A stretch of DNA of 64,000 nt. Origin: an uncultured virus (IMG/VR IMGVR_UViG_3300032167_000103) (taxonomy: Duplodnaviria; Heunggongvirae; Uroviricota; Caudoviricetes). Under the pieces are notes generated by a model. It saw only the letters and a list, made by a program, of their open reading frames with translations. It was not told the origin of the DNA and did not search any database. The DNA lies in the IMG/VR virus record IMGVR_UViG_3300032167_000103, positions 1 through 64,000 of that record, one strand, 5' to 3'. Within the stretch, counting starts at the first letter, position 1; each line of letters opens with the position of its first letter. Positions 59,566-64,000 of the stretch are shown here, one piece after another. The position numbers and the translations under genes were made by a program.

Positions 59566-62024
59566 TAACTTTCACCTCCATCAGAATAATCAGGTCTCTG
59601 GATATTAATTTCAAGAATGATTCTCTTAATAATATCACGGAATTTAACTACACAGTAGCAGTGCATAATCATGCGTTCCTGCTCCCACTCATTAGCTTTG
59701 AACTCAATGTTGATATCCTGAACCATTGTACCAATCCAAGGACGATAAATCGCCATCTGAGCATCAGTATAACCCTTACGAGCTTCAGGTTCATTCCAGT
59801 TGTACAGATAATTGCGGTTAGCCTGTTCAAGACCTTTCTTAAGTCTGTTAAGAACACGAACGTTATTCTCTTCAAGCAATGCAGAAGCATCAAGCTGACG
59901 AGTATTCTGAACAGCACGCTGAACAATTCTACCCTCTTCACGAGTTAAGTAGTAATTGAAACGATTTGTGAACAGAAGTTCCTTAACATCCCAGTCGATA
60001 AGATCAATATCAGGTTGGAAGGTATCACGAATCATAGAGTTAGCTGCAGTAAGTGCATTATTCTTCTGAACGCAAGTTAACTGAGCAAGACCATATACGA
60101 AAGGTTTGTTCAAACCTTCATGGATGATATGATTGATCAATTCTTTAGCAATGAAGTAAGAAGTTGTAACTTTAACTCGTCTGCCAGTATAAGGATCAAA
60201 AATATCATAACAACCCAAGTCGATAGAAGTTGCACGTCCAGTGAACTCACTAAACATTTCAATGATATCCATCAACTCAGTAGAAGCATTAACATTCTTA
60301 ATACCTACATTACCACAGTCAAGATATAAAGAACAACCAGCACCCATGTCTTCTGCAATAGTCATACCATTGCGGTTTCTGAATTCGTTAAGATCGTACA
60401 TAGCACGTTTAACGTTAATATCAGTAACATCAATGGCACCAGAACTTGCAGTAATTGCTAACTGCTGATAATCTGCATCTGTCAGGACAGTACTATTACT
60501 ATATAGATTCTGGATAGAATCATCAAGTGTCAAGTCACCTTCAGAAGTCATATTATAGTTAGCATCGAACATGAAATCAAGGTTTACTCTTGCAGGACTT
60601 AAGATCTTACGATCCTTATATCCACGGAATGCAGAAACATATTCACGAGAGAGTAATAGTTTCATTTCTGCAGCAGTAGGAGCACGAGTTACTCCATCAA
60701 CAGTAATCTCTTCGAAATCACCATCATGACCGCCAGTAAACATGATACCTCTAGAATTAGTGATATCAATACCATCGTACTGATCGTCATCAGCAGCAGC
60801 TTCTACACCTTCATCGTATGTAATGTTTCCTGCATCAGTATCAATATGAGATACAGTATAACGCCAACGATATCCACCATTGTTTTCATCTGCAAGTACA
60901 AGTACAGAAGCACCTACAGTTGCAGTAGCCCAATCGGATAGATTCTGAGGCATCATAGATGCATTTGCAACTTCCATATCAGGAGCAACATAAGGACCAG
61001 TGCTCTTCATTGTGTAGTTTCTGTAGTAAGGAATAATCTCGTTAGAACGAGTATTCAATACAGTACCAAACATAGGATCGAAAGTTTCTTCACTAATTGC
61101 CATAGCAATTTCAAGATCAGCTAACTGATCATCAGTAGAAGCATTCTGAGCCAAGTAAGTCTGGTTAGATTCTACAATCTTCTTATAGAAGTCATAAAGT
61201 TTCAGATAATTATCTTCGAAAGGATAAATATATACAGGACAGCTACCAGTAGCAAACTGATCTAATACGTCACTAATTAAAGTAGACATATTGAAACGAG
61301 TTGTCTGATATAAAGAACCAGAGAAGATATTGGATACACGAGATACACCAGCTGTATTAGTAATCAAAGACCACTTATACATCTTCATCTCATATTCTTT
61401 TTCTGCATCAGTGTCTCTACGGAAACACATAGCATATTTATTACCATATTTACCACGACCGACAGAACGAACGTAAGCAAGAGGTAATGTCATATAACCA
61501 GTCTGAGCATCAGGTACTTCACTTGCAAGAGAATTAGCAACTTCAAGAATTGCCATATCATCAGTGCTACCTTCAGTCAAACGAGGTTTGCCAGCATACG
61601 CAACATCGAATTTGATTTCGAAACGTTTTAGACCAGTTTCCTGACCTAAATCATCTAATTCATTACCTTCACGATATTTCGCAAGAAGAATCATGTTTGC
61701 ATAAGTAGCATTATCAGGAAGAACGCGGCAGAACCAAACGTTCGTACTTCCGTTGAATAAAAGATCAGCCTGTAGAGAAGCCTGACCATATTTCTGGAAG
61801 TTACCCTGACCGAATAAAGCTTTCTTTGTTGGTAGATCACTTATACGAACGAAAGTATTGTCAATACCCTGATCAGCACCAGTAACTACGACTGTCGCAT
61901 AAGGGAGTTCGCTAGTATCACTAGGCTGAGCAGTAGTTTCATCGTAAAAAGTGTCATCAAGAATTACCGTATGCACATGAGGATGTGCATAGTACGGAAT
62001 AATTTGGACGCTAGATTCACCCAT
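59565..62024 (-). CDS. contractile tail sheath protein
   Basis: 819 aa; C-terminal LLEENNVRVL...IEF...VKFRDIIKRIILEINI; lies between terminase and tube genes. Confidence 0.78.
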   Translation of the reverse strand: MGESSVQIIPYYAHPHVHTVILDDTFYDETTAQPSDTSELPYATVVVTGADQGIDNTFVRISDLPTKKALFGQGNFQKYGQASLQADLLFNGSTNVWFCRVLPDNATYANMILLAKYREGNELDDLGQETGLKRFEIKFDVAYAGKPRLTEGSTDDMAILEVANSLASEVPDAQTGYMTLPLAYVRSVGRGKYGNKYAMCFRRDTDAEKEYEMKMYKWSLITNTAGVSRVSNIFSGSLYQTTRFNMSTLISDVLDQFATGSCPVYIYPFEDNYLKLYDFYKKIVESNQTYLAQNASTDDQLADLEIAMAISEETFDPMFGTVLNTRSNEIIPYYRNYTMKSTGPYVAPDMEVANASMMPQNLSDWATATVGASVLVLADENNGGYRWRYTVSHIDTDAGNITYDEGVEAAADDDQYDGIDITNSRGIMFTGGHDGDFEEITVDGVTRAPTAAEMKLLLSREYVSAFRGYKDRKILSPARVNLDFMFDANYNMTSEGDLTLDDSIQNLYSNSTVLTDADYQQLAITASSGAIDVTDINVKRAMYDLNEFRNRNGMTIAEDMGAGCSLYLDCGNVGIKNVNASTELMDIIEMFSEFTGRATSIDLGCYDIFDPYTGRRVKVTTSYFIAKELINHIIHEGLNKPFVYGLAQLTCVQKNNALTAANSMIRDTFQPDIDLIDWDVKELLFTNRFNYYLTREEGRIVQRAVQNTRQLDASALLEENNVRVLNRLKKGLEQANRNYLYNWNEPEARKGYTDAQMAIYRPWIGTMVQDINIEFKANEWEQERMIMHCYCVVKFRDIIKRIILEINIQRPDYSDGGES

Positions 62025-62105
62025 AATTGTACACTCCTTTACTATATTTTTTGATGAATTTAATGAGACATCTTCATTATTAATCTGGTTCTATATTTTC
62101 TATGA

Positions 62106-62819
62106 TCAATAGTGAATGATTTTCTCTAATGGTGATACAGGTTCTTCAATATTTTCGGCAGAATTGTTAATACCATTTGATATCATAGTACCGATATCTT
62201 CAAAGACCATACCACTAAATGTTGATAGATCTTTAACTACAGATCTTACATTTCCTGTTTGATAATCATAACCATTAGGTTTTGATTGTCGAGCATAATA
62301 TTGCCCATAACGTTCTTTCATATTGTTTGGATTACGATAAATGCTTGCAATGATCATTTCATATATTTTTGATGGAACTTTATAACTTACACCAGAAATT
62401 TCCAAGTTTCTCCACCAAATGTCAATCACCTTTGTATAGTTTAAAGTACGAGGAAGTTTACCAGATAACATACTATCTAGGAATGCACCTGCTACTTCTC
62501 TTCCTTTAGGTAATGTTTGGTGGATAATATAAGAATCTTTCATGTACTGTAAAGTCATTACAGAAATAATCTTTCCGTGTACTTTAATATTTTCTACTTT
62601 AGATTCATATACTATGAAATTTGTAATAACTGGAACATTGAAGAGTTTTAACTCTCCTTCTTGTCCATTAGGAAACGCTCGTGTATAAACAATACCGAGT
62701 GCTTCAATAGATGCACCTCTGTTTACAGCAATTCCTGAGTTGAAATATTCCATTGGGATATATATTTCCATATAATCGTTGCAATAAATTTTTCCTGATT
62801 TTGCGTATAAAATACCCAT
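62106..62819 (-). CDS. putative RNAP beta-prime C-terminal fragment
   Basis: ISGVSYKVPSKIYEMIIASI and NVRSVVKDLSTFSGMVFEDIGTMISNG...SPLEKII resemble beta-prime QGVKINDKHIEVIVRQM and [25 protein letters not shown]...LKENVI. Confidence 0.6.
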   Translation of the reverse strand: MGILYAKSGKIYCNDYMEIYIPMEYFNSGIAVNRGASIEALGIVYTRAFPNGQEGELKLFNVPVITNFIVYESKVENIKVHGKIISVMTLQYMKDSYIIHQTLPKGREVAGAFLDSMLSGKLPRTLNYTKVIDIWWRNLEISGVSYKVPSKIYEMIIASIYRNPNNMKERYGQYYARQSKPNGYDYQTGNVRSVVKDLSTFSGMVFEDIGTMISNGINNSAENIEEPVSPLEKIIHY

Positions 62820-62837
62820 GTTTATTGTTACACCTCC

Positions 62838-63032
62838 TTACTCGATTTGTAGATATCTTATTACCTTTGGATTATTTTTCATATCATCCAACGCTTCTTC
62901 TATTGTATTAAACTTACAAGGACAAATATGACCTTTCGTAGTATTTATATAACTATATCCGGATCCATCTTTGTGAGGAAGAAGTAATACTTCAATATTA
63001 TCATCTTCTCGTTCTACTAAAAATTTTAACAT
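62838..63032 (-). CDS. small hypothetical protein
   Basis: 64-aa ORF, AGGAGG RBS. Confidence 0.6.
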   Translation of the reverse strand: MLKFLVEREDDNIEVLLLPHKDGSGYSYINTTKGHICPCKFNTIEEALDDMKNNPKVIRYLQIE

Positions 63033-63998
63033 TTAATATCTTCCTCCTGTTCCATTAATATCATCAAAGAACCATGAGCCTAGATCCACAGTATCAGAAG
63101 GATTAAAATCTCTATCTTCTCTAGAGTAAATTGGATCATTCATAAAAGATAAAGTATCACATAAAGTTCTAATTTGAGATTCCATTCTTGCAGAAGCATC
63201 CATAACTTCAGCGTCATATGAAACTACTTCTTTGCCTCCTGAATTAACTAATGCAGTTTCTTGAGAAGTGATTCCTCCAGCAGGAGGTTCTTCAGGTAAC
63301 TGAATTGGTCCATATAATGGATTATCACCTTTAATGATACCAAATGTTTCAAGATTATCTCCAGTATAATAAATATAGATGGCATGTAGATATGCCATTA
63401 CACAGTCATCATGTTCACCCTTATCGGCTTCAATACGTCCAGTAGATGTTTTAATCAATTTACACAAATCATCTACTAAGTATTCAGTAGTAAGAATATC
63501 TTTACATACATCGACATGTTGGAATAACAATTCAAACATTGCATCACGGACTTTCTTGCTTAAGAATGTACCGTATTTTCTATACTGTTCTGACAATGAT
63601 TTCAATTCTTGTGTTCCGTCTTCTGATGTTAATTCCTCTAATTCTTGAGCTTTTCTAGACCAATACAAGTTATCTCTAATATCAGTCTCTAATAGCATCT
63701 GAATTAAATAAATACCCATTGAGTTCTTTTCTGGAATTAATACTGCCTTAGGAATATATTCATGAACTAATTCAATCAACATTCGAACTGCATTAGGTCC
63801 AGAAATATATGGAGATTTAAATTCAGCAGCAATCTTCAAGTTAAATGGGTTAATAATATACACTGAGAAGTTATCTCCTCCGCCACCGCCAGCAGGGTCA
63901 ATACCAACAAGATACGGGATATTTTCATCAAGATCTTTAGGACGACCGAATTGGTATCCTGCTCCATGTTCGTAAAGTTTATATAACCATTTTCCACA
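63033..63998 (-). CDS. terL: large terminase subunit, C-terminal nuclease domain (5' end beyond window)
   Basis: Frame open to the window end; YLVGIDPAGGGGGDNFS, IPEKNSMG and GEHDDCVMA RNase-H-like motifs. Confidence 0.85.
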   Translation of the reverse strand, partial: CGKWLYKLYEHGAGYQFGRPKDLDENIPYLVGIDPAGGGGGDNFSVYIINPFNLKIAAEFKSPYISGPNAVRMLIELVHEYIPKAVLIPEKNSMGIYLIQMLLETDIRDNLYWSRKAQELEELTSEDGTQELKSLSEQYRKYGTFLSKKVRDAMFELLFQHVDVCKDILTTEYLVDDLCKLIKTSTGRIEADKGEHDDCVMAYLHAIYIYYTGDNLETFGIIKGDNPLYGPIQLPEEPPAGGITSQETALVNSGGKEVVSYDAEVMDASARMESQIRTLCDTLSFMNDPIYSREDRDFNPSDTVDLGSWFFDDINGTGGRY

Positions 63999-64000
63999 AA

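Noticed and set aside
257..63648. Many short antisense or overlapping ORFs in the track (e.g. 257-526, 7350-7652, 26084-26581, 45792-46238, 58392-58718)
   Set aside because: They are shadows of well-supported genes, without RBS or recognisable motifs
1..64000. Alternative genetic code or stop-codon reassignment
   Set aside because: Long genes are intact in the standard code; the only fragmented conserved gene is explained by group I introns
1..64000. tRNA/rRNA genes; chimallin or tubulin nucleus genes
   Set aside because: No cloverleaf, rRNA or recognisable motif seen; divergent homologues among the hypothetical proteins cannot be excluded without searches

Overview
AT-rich, gene-dense segment of a jumbo myovirus that encodes its own multisubunit RNA polymerases (AR9/PBS1/phiKZ-type strategy). 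The host is probably a Firmicute (strong GGAGG Shine-Dalgarno sites; Cse60-like and MucBP-like domains). The window holds a 937-aa RNAP beta-prime that stops just after the trigger loop, a separate 237-aa ORF resembling the missing beta-prime C-terminus, and an RNAP beta C-terminal subunit interrupted by two group I introns, one carrying an HNH endonuclease. Also present: RecA/UvsX, UNG, 5'-3' exonuclease, cold-shock protein, SLT lytic transglycosylase, an ABC exporter, tail sheath and tube, tail-fibre-like proteins and the 3' part of the large terminase. The most striking element sits in the tail-fibre region: a radical SAM/SPASM maturase with a mini-intein inside its CxxxCxxC motif, a ~750-aa protein with about 89 Cys mostly in CxxxC periodicity, and a small candidate partner protein. 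Together they look like an oversized CXXX-repeat peptide modification system carried by a phage. A recurring ATATATT(C/A)T promoter-like motif and about 22 near-perfect intergenic palindromes punctuate the window. All protein calls come from motif recognition by eye; no database searches were run.
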